A stretch of DNA of 64,000 nucleotides from an uncultured bacterium (GTDB lineage Bacteria > Eisenbacteria > RBG-16-71-46): positions 13,938 to 77,937 of the forward strand of contig CAYSWZ010000073.1 in assembly GCA_964434945.1 (NCBI GenBank), in the 5' to 3' direction. The notes beneath the pieces are model-generated. The model was not told the DNA's origin and did not search any database. It worked only from the letters and a program-made list of their open reading frames with translations. Shown here piece after piece: positions 37,477-46,667 of this stretch. A program made the translations under genes and the position numbers. Position 1 is the stretch's first letter. Each line of letters opens with the position of its first letter.

Positions 37477-38880
37477 CTACGTCACGGGCGGAGGTTTGCG
37501 GTGGTGGTCGGTTCGGGACTGGTAGAGGTCTCCGAGGTCGAGGAGCGTCGCTTCCTCGAATGGCGAGCCCACGATCTGGAAGCTCGCGGGCATTCCCGCC
37601 TTGCCGAAACCCGCGGGCAGTGCGAGCCCCGGGAGCCCGCAGGCCGCCGCCAGGCCGCCCACCGGGTCGCCGTACGGGAGCGCCACGTTCAGGTCCTGAT
37701 CGACCGGCGGCGCCACGCTCATGAAGTTCGGGGTGACGATGACGTCGTAACGGTCGAGGAAGTCGCGCATCGTGCGCTGCACGGATTCGCGGATGCGCAT
37801 GGCCTTGATCGTGTCCGCGCCCGTGATCGGCTCGGCCAGCTCGCGCTGGCGCGGCGCCATGTCGTCCACCAGCTGCTTCACGCGCCCATCGTTCAGGAAC
37901 GGCTCGAATGCCGCCAGCGCCTCGACGGAGATGAGCAGCCCCGACACCTCGCTCGCCGGCACCTTCGGCAGCTCCGCGGTCTCCATCTGCAGCCCGGCGG
38001 ATCGCAGCTCCGCCACGGCAGCCTCGAACGCGGCACGCACCTCGGGCTCGCCGACCTTGGACCAGTCGAGGGGCACGAGCGCGGCCTTGAGCTTGTGCAC
38101 GGCGCGGCCACGACCCGCGTCGAGCCGAGTGCGTTCGGTGGCGCACGAGGGATCGCGCGGGTCCGCGCCGGCCATGGTGGTGAGCACGATCCGGCAATCG
38201 CCCACCGAGTGCGCGAGCGGGCCGACCTTGTCGAACGTGTACGCTCCCACCATGCCGCCGGCGCGCGACACCAGCCCGTAGGTGGGCCGGATGCCGGTCA
38301 GTCCGCAGAACGCGCTCGGGCACAGGATCGAGCCCCAGGTCTCGGTCCCGATCGCGAACGTCGCGAGGCCGGCGGCCACCGCGGCGCCGGATCCGGACGA
38401 CGAACCCCCGGTCCACCGTGACGGGTCCCACGGGTTGCGGCCGGGCCCGCTCGCGGAAGCGTTCGCGAAGCGGTAGCCGAGGCAGCCCGCGAACTCGACC
38501 ATGGCGGTCTTGCCGAGCAGCACGGCCCCGGCCTGCTCGAGGCGGTCGACGACGGTGGCGTTCTCGGCCGGGATGCGATCGCGCAGGAAGCGCGTGCCCC
38601 ACGCGGTCGGGATGCCCTTCGTGTCGAACAGGTCCTTCGCCGCATAGGGTACGCCGTGCAGCGGGCCGCGATACTTGTTGCCCTTCAGCTCGCTCTCGGC
38701 GCGCTGCGCCTGGTCGAGCGCGAGTTCGGGCGTGGGCTTCTCGAACGCGTTGAAGCGCCCGTTCAGGCGCTCGATGCGGTCGAGAAAGCCGCGCGTGAGT
38801 TCCACCGGCGACAGGCGGCGCGCGCGGATCTCCGGAGCGAGTTCCTCGATGGTCGCGAACCACACATCCTGCTTGAGCAT
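37477..38880 (-). CDS. amidase (amidase-signature family)
   Basis: AS signature GGSSSGSGAAVAAGLATFAIGTETWGSILCPSAFCGLTGIRPTYGLVSRAG. 467 aa. No signal peptide. Confidence 0.9.
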   Translation of the reverse strand: MLKQDVWFATIEELAPEIRARRLSPVELTRGFLDRIERLNGRFNAFEKPTPELALDQAQRAESELKGNKYRGPLHGVPYAAKDLFDTKGIPTAWGTRFLRDRIPAENATVVDRLEQAGAVLLGKTAMVEFAGCLGYRFANASASGPGRNPWDPSRWTGGSSSGSGAAVAAGLATFAIGTETWGSILCPSAFCGLTGIRPTYGLVSRAGGMVGAYTFDKVGPLAHSVGDCRIVLTTMAGADPRDPSCATERTRLDAGRGRAVHKLKAALVPLDWSKVGEPEVRAAFEAAVAELRSAGLQMETAELPKVPASEVSGLLISVEALAAFEPFLNDGRVKQLVDDMAPRQRELAEPITGADTIKAMRIRESVQRTMRDFLDRYDVIVTPNFMSVAPPVDQDLNVALPYGDPVGGLAAACGLPGLALPAGFGKAGMPASFQIVGSPFEEATLLDLGDLYQSRTDHHRKPPPVT

Positions 38881-38881
38881 G

Positions 38882-39232
38882 TCAGTGCCCCCGCTTGCGT
38901 GCGCGCTGCGGATGGAAGACGAGCGGCAGGTCGCCGCCGGGGGGGAGCGGGACCTCGCGCAGCGTCTTCAACGTCGCGAGCGTGCTGGCGCGCTGACGAT
39001 CGAACTCCTTCTGCGAGGCGCTCGGCGGAGGCGCCGGGGGCGGCGCCTTCGCGGCCGGCGCGCTCGCGCCCTTGTGTTTCGCCGGCACGGCCTCGCCGGC
39101 GAGGCCGGGGCGCGCCAGCAGCGCGGCCGAACCCGCCGCCACCATGGTCACGAAGCCGCGGCGCGACAGCGCCCGCGGCGAGTCCCCGTTCGAGGGCGTC
39201 GGGTCCGCACCGGCCTTTCGGCGTGCCGTCAT
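38882..39232 (-). CDS. small twin-arginine (Tat) signal protein
   Basis: Internal Met at 39232 gives MTARRKAG...SRRGFVTMVAAGSAALLARPGLAGEA (SRRxF Tat motif). 116 aa, Ala/Pro-rich linker then a short conserved-looking tail. Ends 1 nt before the amidase start and overlaps the thioesterase stop (ATGA). Confidence 0.55.
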   Translation of the reverse strand: MTARRKAGADPTPSNGDSPRALSRRGFVTMVAAGSAALLARPGLAGEAVPAKHKGASAPAAKAPPPAPPPSASQKEFDRQRASTLATLKTLREVPLPPGGDLPLVFHPQRARKRGH

Positions 39233-39672
39233 GATCGTACCTCCCGGGTGAGCGAACGGCCCTCGAACGACTCGAGACGCTGCCGCATGTCGTCGGGGCA
39301 GGGGATGCTCTGCTTGGTCGCGTAATCGTAGAACACCTGGACGGACTTCGCGGTCACGACCAGCCGCTGGCCGGTGATCTCGCGGATGACGTATTCGAAT
39401 CCGAACGACTTCAGGCCCACGTACGCGCAGCGGATGCACAACTCCAGCGTTTCGTGCATGAGCGCCTCGGAGCGGAAGTCGACCTCGACGCGCGCGAGAA
39501 TGAACGGCACCACCCGGTAGTTGTCGTCCTGCTTGAACGCCCGCCAGTACTCCTGCCGCGCGACCTCGAGGTAGGTGACGTAGACGGCATTGTTGATGTG
39601 CCCCATCGCGTCGGTGTCGCGAAAGCGCGGCTTGAGCGGTGCGACGATGGTCCAGCGTTCGGGGATCGGCAA
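39229..39672 (-). CDS. acyl-CoA thioesterase, YbgC/4HBT hotdog family
   Basis: PRFRDTDAMGHINNAVYVTYLEVARQEYW is the typical 4HBT N-terminal catalytic region. 147 aa. Confidence 0.85.
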   Translation of the reverse strand: MPIPERWTIVAPLKPRFRDTDAMGHINNAVYVTYLEVARQEYWRAFKQDDNYRVVPFILARVEVDFRSEALMHETLELCIRCAYVGLKSFGFEYVIREITGQRLVVTAKSVQVFYDYATKQSIPCPDDMRQRLESFEGRSLTREVRS

Positions 39673-39727
39673 GCGAAATCCCTCCCGGGTGACGCGTTCG
39701 CGGCCGCGCGTCCGCGCGGCCCGTGGG

Positions 39728-41008
39728 TCAGAAGGCGTTCATGGGCATGAGGAACACGGGCCGGGCGCGGAACCAGGGATCCACGAGCGCGGCCGCGCCG
39801 CGCAGGTCCTCGATCATCCCGCGCTCGGCCGCCACCACGGGCCGGACCGCTCCCGCCGCCAGGATCGCGAGCGCCTCGGCGCTCGCGGCGAGCCGCGGCA
39901 ACTTGTCGCGGCTCGCCGCCTCCCGCGCCGTCTCCGCGCGCACGCTCAACCGGCCGTCGCGCGCGTGCACGCGCCAGGCGCGTTCGTTCGAGGGGATCAC
40001 CTCGTCGCGGACGTCGAGGATCAGCTCGCCGCGCGCGTGCGGATCCACCGGCAGCGATTCGAGCGCGCCCTTCACGTCCACGAGCCGGAGCATCGCACCG
40101 TAGCCGGCGTGACCGCTGCTGCGGATGACCCCCATCTTCATCTCGCCCCGCAGGTTCGCCGCGTCACCGAACTCCGCGGCCCAGGGCGCGTCGGGCGGCG
40201 TGGACATGACCAGCTCCACCGCCTGGTCGCGCAGCCCGTGCAGGTAGCCGGTGAGCCCGCGGTGCGCGTCGGGCGTGATCGCGACGAACTCGTTCACGGT
40301 CAGCACCAGCTTCCACGGCCCGTCTCCCGCATCCACCTGCACGTGGAGGTAGCCCTCGATCTGGCCGCGCCGGCGCTCGTACACGATCCACTCGCCTTCG
40401 TAGCCCCACAGCCGGCGCTCCCACCACTCGGGACGCCGTGCCAGCGCGAAGTGCCCGCGCTCGCGCGCGTGGCGGTCGTAGAGCTGCTGCACCAGCGGCC
40501 GGTCCGGCAGGCGGAGCCGGTGGACGCGACGCGATTCCTCCGATGAGGGCAGCAGCGCCGGCGGCACCGACAGCAGGATCGGGGTCTCGACGAGGCCCCA
40601 ACCGAAGCGCCGGTAGAAGTCCCCGCGAAATGCGTACAACATGCTGAGCGCGTCACCGCGCTGCCGCATCTCGCGCAGGGACGCCCGCACGAGCGCCTCA
40701 CCCACGCCCCGGCGGCGGTGCTCGGGGGACACGGCCACCGAGCCGATGCCGGTGACCGGCAGCTTCCCGCCGCGCACGTAGGCGTGCAGCGGGTAGAGCA
40801 CCAGTGCGGCTGCGATCTCCCCGTCGAGCTCGCCCACGCGCACGTCCCGGAGGCCGAAGCGCGGATGGTCGCCGAAGAAGTCGCGGCGCGCCTCGGCGCT
40901 CGACACGCGATAGGCGCGCAACGACAGGTCCACGAGCGTCTCGATGTCGGTGCGGCGCGCCGGGCGGTAGCGGAGTGCCGGCGGGCGCTGCGTCCGGGCG
41001 CCGCTCAC
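39728..41008 (-). CDS. Eis-like GNAT N-acetyltransferase (GNAT, central and SCP2-like domains)
   Basis: GTG start overlaps the upstream lipoprotein stop (GTGA). Acetyl-CoA motif VAVSPEHRRRGVGEALV...MLYAFRGDFYRRFGWG. 426-aa length and architecture typical of Eis. Confidence 0.8.
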   Translation of the reverse strand: MSGARTQRPPALRYRPARRTDIETLVDLSLRAYRVSSAEARRDFFGDHPRFGLRDVRVGELDGEIAAALVLYPLHAYVRGGKLPVTGIGSVAVSPEHRRRGVGEALVRASLREMRQRGDALSMLYAFRGDFYRRFGWGLVETPILLSVPPALLPSSEESRRVHRLRLPDRPLVQQLYDRHARERGHFALARRPEWWERRLWGYEGEWIVYERRRGQIEGYLHVQVDAGDGPWKLVLTVNEFVAITPDAHRGLTGYLHGLRDQAVELVMSTPPDAPWAAEFGDAANLRGEMKMGVIRSSGHAGYGAMLRLVDVKGALESLPVDPHARGELILDVRDEVIPSNERAWRVHARDGRLSVRAETAREAASRDKLPRLAASAEALAILAAGAVRPVVAAERGMIEDLRGAAALVDPWFRARPVFLMPMNAF

Positions 41009-41523
41009 AGCCGTGCCTCCCGGGTGAGGAAGAGCGCCGCGTCACCGTTGCGAGCGCGCGTGATGCCTGGTCCGCGCAGGCCGCCACCGCCGCCGATCTC
41101 GCGCAGGACGCGCGCCGGTTGCCAGTCGGCGTTGAAGTGCGCCAGCACCTCGAATCGGTAGTCGCCGGCCGGCAGGGGGCCGACGTCGCCGAGCAGCGGG
41201 GGCGATTCGAACCGTCCCCCGAGAACGACCACCTGCGCCATCGCCAGCGACACCGAACCGCCCGGGGCGCGGATCGCGATCTGCAGCTTCGTGCTGTCGG
41301 GGAGCCGGGCTTCGCCGCTCACGCGCACCGCGCCGTTCGACATGCGATACGGCGCGAAACGCTCGAGGATCGCAGCGCCCTGCGACAGGCCGGTGGTGTC
41401 CGGCAGGCGCTCGAGCGTCACCGGCTGCTGCGCCTTCTCCCGGCTGCAGCCGGCGAGCGGGAGCACGCAGATCGCGAGGAGCGGCAGCAACGATCGGACC
41501 GCAGTGGCGTTGGCACGTCGCAT
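41005..41523 (-). CDS. lipoprotein, unknown function
   Basis: MRRANATAVRSLLPLLAICVLPLAGC lipobox. 172 aa. The rest of track ORF 41005..42222 is Arg/Pro-rich and is rejected. Confidence 0.65.
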   Translation of the reverse strand: MRRANATAVRSLLPLLAICVLPLAGCSREKAQQPVTLERLPDTTGLSQGAAILERFAPYRMSNGAVRVSGEARLPDSTKLQIAIRAPGGSVSLAMAQVVVLGGRFESPPLLGDVGPLPAGDYRFEVLAHFNADWQPARVLREIGGGGGLRGPGITRARNGDAALFLTREARL

Positions 41524-41585
41524 GACGCCACGGTAACAACACGCGCCGCCGAGGGAAACCCGGGGTCGGCGGGCGGTGCGGCGGG

Positions 41586-42152
41586 CTACATCCCGACCGC
41601 GCGACGCGTGCGCTCGGCCTGCGCGAGGTGGCGGTGGCTGTGCACGACGAGGATCCGGAACGCGTCGCCGAGGTTCATCCGGAAGAGCGGCGAGAGCGGC
41701 GAGGTGAGGCCGACACGAAGATCGTGGCCATCCACCTCGCGCATCAGCGCGCGGAGCCGGCCGATGCCGGCGAGGAACGAGTCCACGACCTGGTCGCGGG
41801 GCTTCGAACCGACGCGCCAGCGTTTCGGCGACGGCTGGGGCTTGCCGCCCTCCACGAGCACCCCCGTGAGCCAGCGGCCGACGAAGCTCGGGCGCCACGG
41901 CCGATCGGACGGGCCCAGCGCCCGCGCCTTCGCGACCGCCGGCCCGAGCGGGCCGTCGAGGTACGATTCGTTCGCCACGCACAGGTGCTCGAACACCTGC
42001 GCGACGCTCCAGCCACCGTCGGGCGGCACTTCGAGGAACTTCGCCTCGGGCAGGCCCGTCACCGCCACGCGGGTGCGCGGCTCGATGCGATCGAGCTCGC
42101 CGAGCAACTGCGCCAGCATGGGCGTGCGCAGCGGGGTTGCGGCCGTGGTCAT
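41586..42152 (-). CDS. DinB-family protein
   Basis: CAGGAGA lies 5 nt upstream of the ATG. GGWSVAQVFEHLCVANESYL and LVVHSHRHLAQAE provide the His triad pattern of the DinB/YfiT fold. Confidence 0.8.
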   Translation of the reverse strand: MTTAATPLRTPMLAQLLGELDRIEPRTRVAVTGLPEAKFLEVPPDGGWSVAQVFEHLCVANESYLDGPLGPAVAKARALGPSDRPWRPSFVGRWLTGVLVEGGKPQPSPKRWRVGSKPRDQVVDSFLAGIGRLRALMREVDGHDLRVGLTSPLSPLFRMNLGDAFRILVVHSHRHLAQAERTRRAVGM

Positions 42153-42430
42153 CGCGGTCTCCTGAAGGGGATGGTGCGGCACAGGACTCGCCACCGGTCC
42201 GACGGCCGCCAGCATACGCCAACTCGCGCGCTGCGATGGGGTTTGGGTGATGGGCCGAGGCCCGCCGTTCTCCCGCGGCAGCGTTGCGGCCCGGCGCGCC
42301 GCTCTGTTAGGTTGCCCTGCCTGTCTGCCGGATCCGGGCCAGGCGGCGGCCCTCGAGCCGCGAATCGCGATCGATCCCGGGGCCACCGGGCGCCCCGACC
42401 GGGCGTACGTCGAGTCGAAAGGAGTCTCGG

Positions 42431-43186
42431 GTGAACGAGTTCGTCGCGATTCAGCGGCGTGTCTCCGCGGCCAGGGCGATCGTGGCGACCGTGGCGACGG
42501 TCGCGTTGCTGTCCGGCCTGACGCCGGCGCCCGCGCGCGCCCAGGCGGACGCCAAGCCGGCCGCGCCTGCGCCCGCCACGACCGCCAAGCCCGCCGAAGC
42601 GGCCAAGGCGGCGGAACCGGCCGCCAGGCCCGCCCCGCCCAAGTCACCCGAGCCGTCTCCGGCGGCGCAGCAGAAGGTCGACGGCGTCTACACGAAGCAC
42701 TCGAACTGGCTGTCGTTCCGGTTCGGCTACGCCAAGCGCACCGGGGACCTCAACGGCGACGGGTACGTGGGCTACGGCATCGGTTACACGCGCATGATCA
42801 GTTCGAAGTACGCATTCGCCGCCGGCGTCGGCCACGATATCGTGGGCCACTTCGGCCCACAGATCGATATCGCGGTGCCGTTCGTGGCGGAGTTCCAGCG
42901 TCACTACAAGTGGAACTCGTCCGTCCGGCCGTTCGTCGGCCTCGGCGGTGGCTATTACTTTCGCAAGTACTACCGCACCGGCACGGAGTACAACACCACC
43001 ACGACGGGCGGCCCGCACCTTTCGTTCGGGTTCACCTCGGCGCTGGACGCCAAGCACGTGATCGGCCTCGAGACGCGCGTCGCCCGCATCGGAGGCCGGC
43101 CCGGGATCACGAACCCGACGTTCGGCCCCGAGAAGGACCACGAGACGATCTGGACGATCAAGGTGAGCTGGGCGCTGGTGTACTGA
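42431..43186 (+). CDS. outer-membrane beta-barrel protein with Ala/Pro-rich linker
   Basis: GTG start. Signal AIVATVATVALLSGLTPAPARA, a PAAPAPATTAKPAEAAKAAEPAARPAPPKSPEP linker, then a beta-barrel-like domain ending TIKVSWALVY. Confidence 0.7.
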   Translation: MNEFVAIQRRVSAARAIVATVATVALLSGLTPAPARAQADAKPAAPAPATTAKPAEAAKAAEPAARPAPPKSPEPSPAAQQKVDGVYTKHSNWLSFRFGYAKRTGDLNGDGYVGYGIGYTRMISSKYAFAAGVGHDIVGHFGPQIDIAVPFVAEFQRHYKWNSSVRPFVGLGGGYYFRKYYRTGTEYNTTTTGGPHLSFGFTSALDAKHVIGLETRVARIGGRPGITNPTFGPEKDHETIWTIKVSWALVY

Positions 43187-43368
43187 TCCGCGCGCGGAGC
43201 ACTCCCGCGCGGACGTGAACGGCGTTGACGGAGCGGCACCCGGGTTCCCGGGCACGCGCGCGCGAACTGCCGTGAGACATGCCCCCGGCTGCGGGCATGG
43301 TTTCTGCAGTCCACCGGCGGTCGTTCCGTGCGATGCGCTCCCGGTGCGACCCAGCCCGGCCTGAACCG

Positions 43369-43470
43369 CCCCCGTCGTGATTCGCCCCCGCGCGATATGC
43401 CCCCGTGCGATGCGCCCCCCACCATTCCCACCCCCCAGCATTTCCACGCCCCCCACCATCCCCGCCCCCC
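43369..43470 (+). repeat. cluster of eight C4-C6 tracts (G-tracts on the minus strand) in a 5' leader
   Basis: C runs at 43369-73, 43385-89, 43400-04, 43415-20, 43431-36, 43449-54, 43460-63 and 43465-70. They end immediately before the AGGAGCAGG Shine-Dalgarno of the 43483 gene. Confidence 0.7.
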
Positions 43471-43482
43471 AGGAGCAGGACC

Positions 43483-44205
43483 ATGCGTGTGTCGAAGGCG
43501 ATGCGGGACCTGCCGGCGTGGACGCTCGTGTTCACGCTGGCCGCGGCGGGCAGCGCGTCCGCCCAATGCCAGAGCTGTGATCCGTTCCTCCACTGCGCCG
43601 TCTCGTCCCTGGGAGGGGCGATGGTGTGCGTCGAGGGCCCGGGCAGTTGCGCGCTGGTCCTTCCCTGCCCGCACGGCCGCGGTCGCATGCCGGACCTCAT
43701 GGGCGATGCGGACCTGACCACGTGGACGTTGTTCGACGCCGGGGCGGTCCCCCGCACCGGCCGCACCTCACTGCGGACCACCGCCGGGAGCCTCGCGCTC
43801 GGCGACGGCGCGCGCGTGAGCCTGTCCGCGCCGTTCATGGGCGGTGCGATCGCCGATGCGGCGCTGGTGCACGGGCGCGAATACGCGATCGTGCTGGCGG
43901 ACGCCGCCGGTGACGGCTTCGCGCTCAAGCGCGCGGTGGAGGGCTCGCGGGTGCGGATCGAGGTGCGTGAGGTGCGCGGGGATGTCCCGGGGGCGTTGCT
44001 CGCGAGCGAGGCGCTCGGCGAACACGACCAACTGCGTGTCCCGGTGCGCGTCGACGGACGCGAGCGGGTGATGGTGTTGCAGGCTGCGGGCGTGAATGGC
44101 GGGAGCGCAGCGATGGAGCTGGCGCGACTCCGCCAGGCGCTGCAGGCCGCCGGCCTTCGCCTGCCGCGGCGGCAGGAGCCGCTCCTGCGCCTCCGCGCGC
44201 TGTGA
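43483..44205 (+). CDS. secreted hypothetical protein with Cys-rich N-terminal segment
   Basis: AGGAGCAGG RBS. Signal MRVSKAMRDLPAWTLVFTLAAAGSASA. Mature N-terminus QCQSCDPFLHCAVSSLGGAMVCVEGPGSCALVLPCPHG has 7 Cys. The remainder is Ala/Arg/Gly-rich, so confidence is moderate. Confidence 0.55.
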   Translation: MRVSKAMRDLPAWTLVFTLAAAGSASAQCQSCDPFLHCAVSSLGGAMVCVEGPGSCALVLPCPHGRGRMPDLMGDADLTTWTLFDAGAVPRTGRTSLRTTAGSLALGDGARVSLSAPFMGGAIADAALVHGREYAIVLADAAGDGFALKRAVEGSRVRIEVREVRGDVPGALLASEALGEHDQLRVPVRVDGRERVMVLQAAGVNGGSAAMELARLRQALQAAGLRLPRRQEPLLRLRAL

Positions 44206-44235
44206 CCGGGCGCCGGCGGGACCGGGGCGCGCGCC

Positions 44236-45279
44236 TCAGTCCCGCCGGCGACGGGCTCCGACGCGCGCGGCGAACACGACCGCGAACAACACCAGCGCGA
44301 GGATCCCGACCACCACCGGCGTCCAGCGGTGCGGCAGGCGCTCGAGCAGGATGGCCGCGCCGCCGAACAAGGCCGAGAGCGTCCACAGCACGGCGAGGAC
44401 GGCGCGCGGCGACAGCCCCGTGTCGAGCAGGCGATGGTGGATGTGCCCGGCGTCCCCCTGGAACACGTGCCGGCCGCGCGCGAGCCGGCGCACGAACGCC
44501 AGCACGCCATCCGCGATCGGCAGTCCGAGCGCCACCAGCGGCAGCAGCAGCGTGAGTGCCGCGGTGCCCTTGCGGTTCTCGAGCAGCGACAGCGCGGACA
44601 ACGTGAGGCCGAGGAACTGGCTGCCGGTGTCGCCCATGAACACGCGGGCGGGCGGGCGGTTCCACCACAGGAACCCGCCGCACGCGCCGAGGAGCAGCGC
44701 GGCCACGAACATGACGTAGAAGTCGCCGTGTCCGCGCGCGGTCACCCACAGTGCGCCGCACGCGATCGCCACCAGGCCCGCGGCCAGTCCGTCCAGGCCA
44801 TCGATCAGGTTGATGGCGTTGGTGAGCATGATCACCCACAGCACAGTGAGCGGCACGCTCCACGCGCCGGTCACGATCGCCTGGCCGAACGGGTTCGTGA
44901 GCAGCGGTACGCCGTAACCGAACATCACGAGCACGAGCGCGGCACACGCCTGCACGGCGAGCTTGCCCCACGGTCCCGCACCGCGCACGTCGTCGAACAC
45001 CCCCAGCGCGAGGATCGGCAGCGCGGCGAACGTGAGACCGAGGAGCGGGCGCGCCTCCAGCTCGCGCGCCGGTCCGGGCAGCAGGCGTGCGACCCATGCC
45101 ACCGACAGCACCGCGGCGGCGATCGCGAGCCCGCCGAAGCGGGGCGTGGGATCACGGTGGATGCGCCGCGGTCCGGGGTGGTCCACCGCCCCCACCCGCA
45201 CCGCCAGCGACCGGGCGACCGGCGTCAGCGCCAGGGCCACCGCGCCGGAGGTGAGTGCGAGCGTCAGCGAATAGGGCAT
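44236..45279 (-). CDS. polyprenyl-phosphate N-acetylhexosamine-1-phosphate transferase (GT4 / WecA-MraY family)
   Basis: About 10-11 TM segments. Motifs GVFDDVRG, NAINLIDGLDGLAAG and VFMGDTGSQFLG. Start ATG overlaps the GT2 stop. Confidence 0.9.
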   Translation of the reverse strand: MPYSLTLALTSGAVALALTPVARSLAVRVGAVDHPGPRRIHRDPTPRFGGLAIAAAVLSVAWVARLLPGPARELEARPLLGLTFAALPILALGVFDDVRGAGPWGKLAVQACAALVLVMFGYGVPLLTNPFGQAIVTGAWSVPLTVLWVIMLTNAINLIDGLDGLAAGLVAIACGALWVTARGHGDFYVMFVAALLLGACGGFLWWNRPPARVFMGDTGSQFLGLTLSALSLLENRKGTAALTLLLPLVALGLPIADGVLAFVRRLARGRHVFQGDAGHIHHRLLDTGLSPRAVLAVLWTLSALFGGAAILLERLPHRWTPVVVGILALVLFAVVFAARVGARRRRD

Positions 45280-46154
45280 CAGCGCCCGCGTCCGTTCCGC
45301 AGCATCAGCAGCCGGGCGCGGGTCATGACCACGAACGCGGCCATGGCGTCGAACGGCTGCGGCACCGGGTGGTGCTTCCGGTAGTAGTGAATCATCCCGC
45401 GGTGGCGCTCGAGGATGACGCGATTCGAGACCGCGCCATGGCTCGCGCCGATGTGATGCACGACCTCGGCGCCCGGCACGTAGTCCACGCTCCAGCCGGA
45501 GAGATTCATCCGGCGGCACCAGTCGACGTCCTCGTTGAACATGAAGTAGGCCTCGTCCATGCCGCCGACCGCGGCCACCGCCGCGCGCCGCACGAGCAAC
45601 GCGGCGCCGGAAGCCCAGTCCACGCTCCGCGGGGTGCGGTGATCCCAGTCGGACAGCAGGTAGCGCCGTGTCCACGGATTGCCGGGCCACAACCGCGTGA
45701 GCAGCGAGTAACGGTTGAACAGGAATGCCGCGGGGCTCGGATACGCGCGCACGCTGTACTCGAGCGACCCGTCCGGATTCACGATGCGCGGCGCGGCGAT
45801 GCCGCAGCGCGGGTGCTCGCGGAGCCACGAGACCAGCTCGAGGATGCCGCCTTCGCGCCAGACGCAGTCGGGGTTGAGGACCAGCACGAGCGCGCCGCTC
45901 GTCTCGGCGAACCCGCGGTTGACGGCCTTTGCGTAACCGAGATTCGCTCCCGTCCGCACGAGACGCGCCCACGGCGCCCCGCGCTCGATCAACTCCGGGG
46001 TGCCGTCGTGCGAATCATTATCCAGCACCACGCACTCCCAATCGAGTGCGACCGCATCGCGCGAACGTGGACGCACGCCGGCCGCGAGTGAATCCAGGCA
46101 GGCGAGGACGTGATCCTTCGAGCGGTAGGTGACGACGACGACGCTCAGGTCCAT
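45279..46154 (-). CDS. family 2 glycosyltransferase
   Basis: LSVVVVTYRSKDHVLACLDSL, VVLDNDSHDGT, NLGYAKAVNRG and FMFNEDVDWCRR are classic GT2 (rhamnosyltransferase-like) motifs. Confidence 0.9.
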   Translation of the reverse strand: MDLSVVVVTYRSKDHVLACLDSLAAGVRPRSRDAVALDWECVVLDNDSHDGTPELIERGAPWARLVRTGANLGYAKAVNRGFAETSGALVLVLNPDCVWREGGILELVSWLREHPRCGIAAPRIVNPDGSLEYSVRAYPSPAAFLFNRYSLLTRLWPGNPWTRRYLLSDWDHRTPRSVDWASGAALLVRRAAVAAVGGMDEAYFMFNEDVDWCRRMNLSGWSVDYVPGAEVVHHIGASHGAVSNRVILERHRGMIHYYRKHHPVPQPFDAMAAFVVMTRARLLMLRNGRGR

Positions 46155-46667
46155 GCGAGGGTGCGGATGGGAGGGATCAGGCGGGAGGGCGATCCACGGC
46201 GACTCTACCCGACACGAAGACGCCGGGCGGAGCGGACAGCGAGTCCACTCACACCCGGCGTGTCAGCAAAAAAATGACGAACGGCGCGACTTTGATCGAG
46301 CCTCTCCCCACGTCTCTCTCCGGGCCCGACTTCGAGTCTGCACTCGTTCGTCCCGACGATTGTCGATGAAGGCTACGGTTTGTGCAACCGCAGATTGCGA
46401 GTTTGAACGGTTTTTCGCGGGCGTGGTTGCTGATTCCAAACGCGCTCACCGATGGGGGTTACGCCATCGCCGGCAGCTCCCGGCAGTATGCTGATGACAA
46501 ACTGACCGGCCAAAACATTGCCATTTCATCACTTCGGAATTCTCCGGCGACGCAAGGTGTCGTCCGGTCCGACACCCTGCCGTTTCCCGTCCCGCCCGGG
46601 CGGGAGACCCGCGAGGCCTCGCCCTCCTGTGCCGCGTCGATCCCGCCCGGGAGGGGGAGCACCGGGC

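Noticed and set aside
46446-46529. 27-codon minus-strand ORF MKWQCFGRSVCHQHTAGSCRRWRNPHR with GGAGAA 10 nt upstream, located upstream of a GT2 gene. Considered as a glycocin-like or leader peptide.
   Set aside because: Codon usage is AT-ending (AAA, TGT, TTT, CAT) and atypical for this genome. No conservation evidence is available, and the GT2 is paired with a WecA-like enzyme typical of envelope glycan synthesis. It is kept only as a remote possibility.
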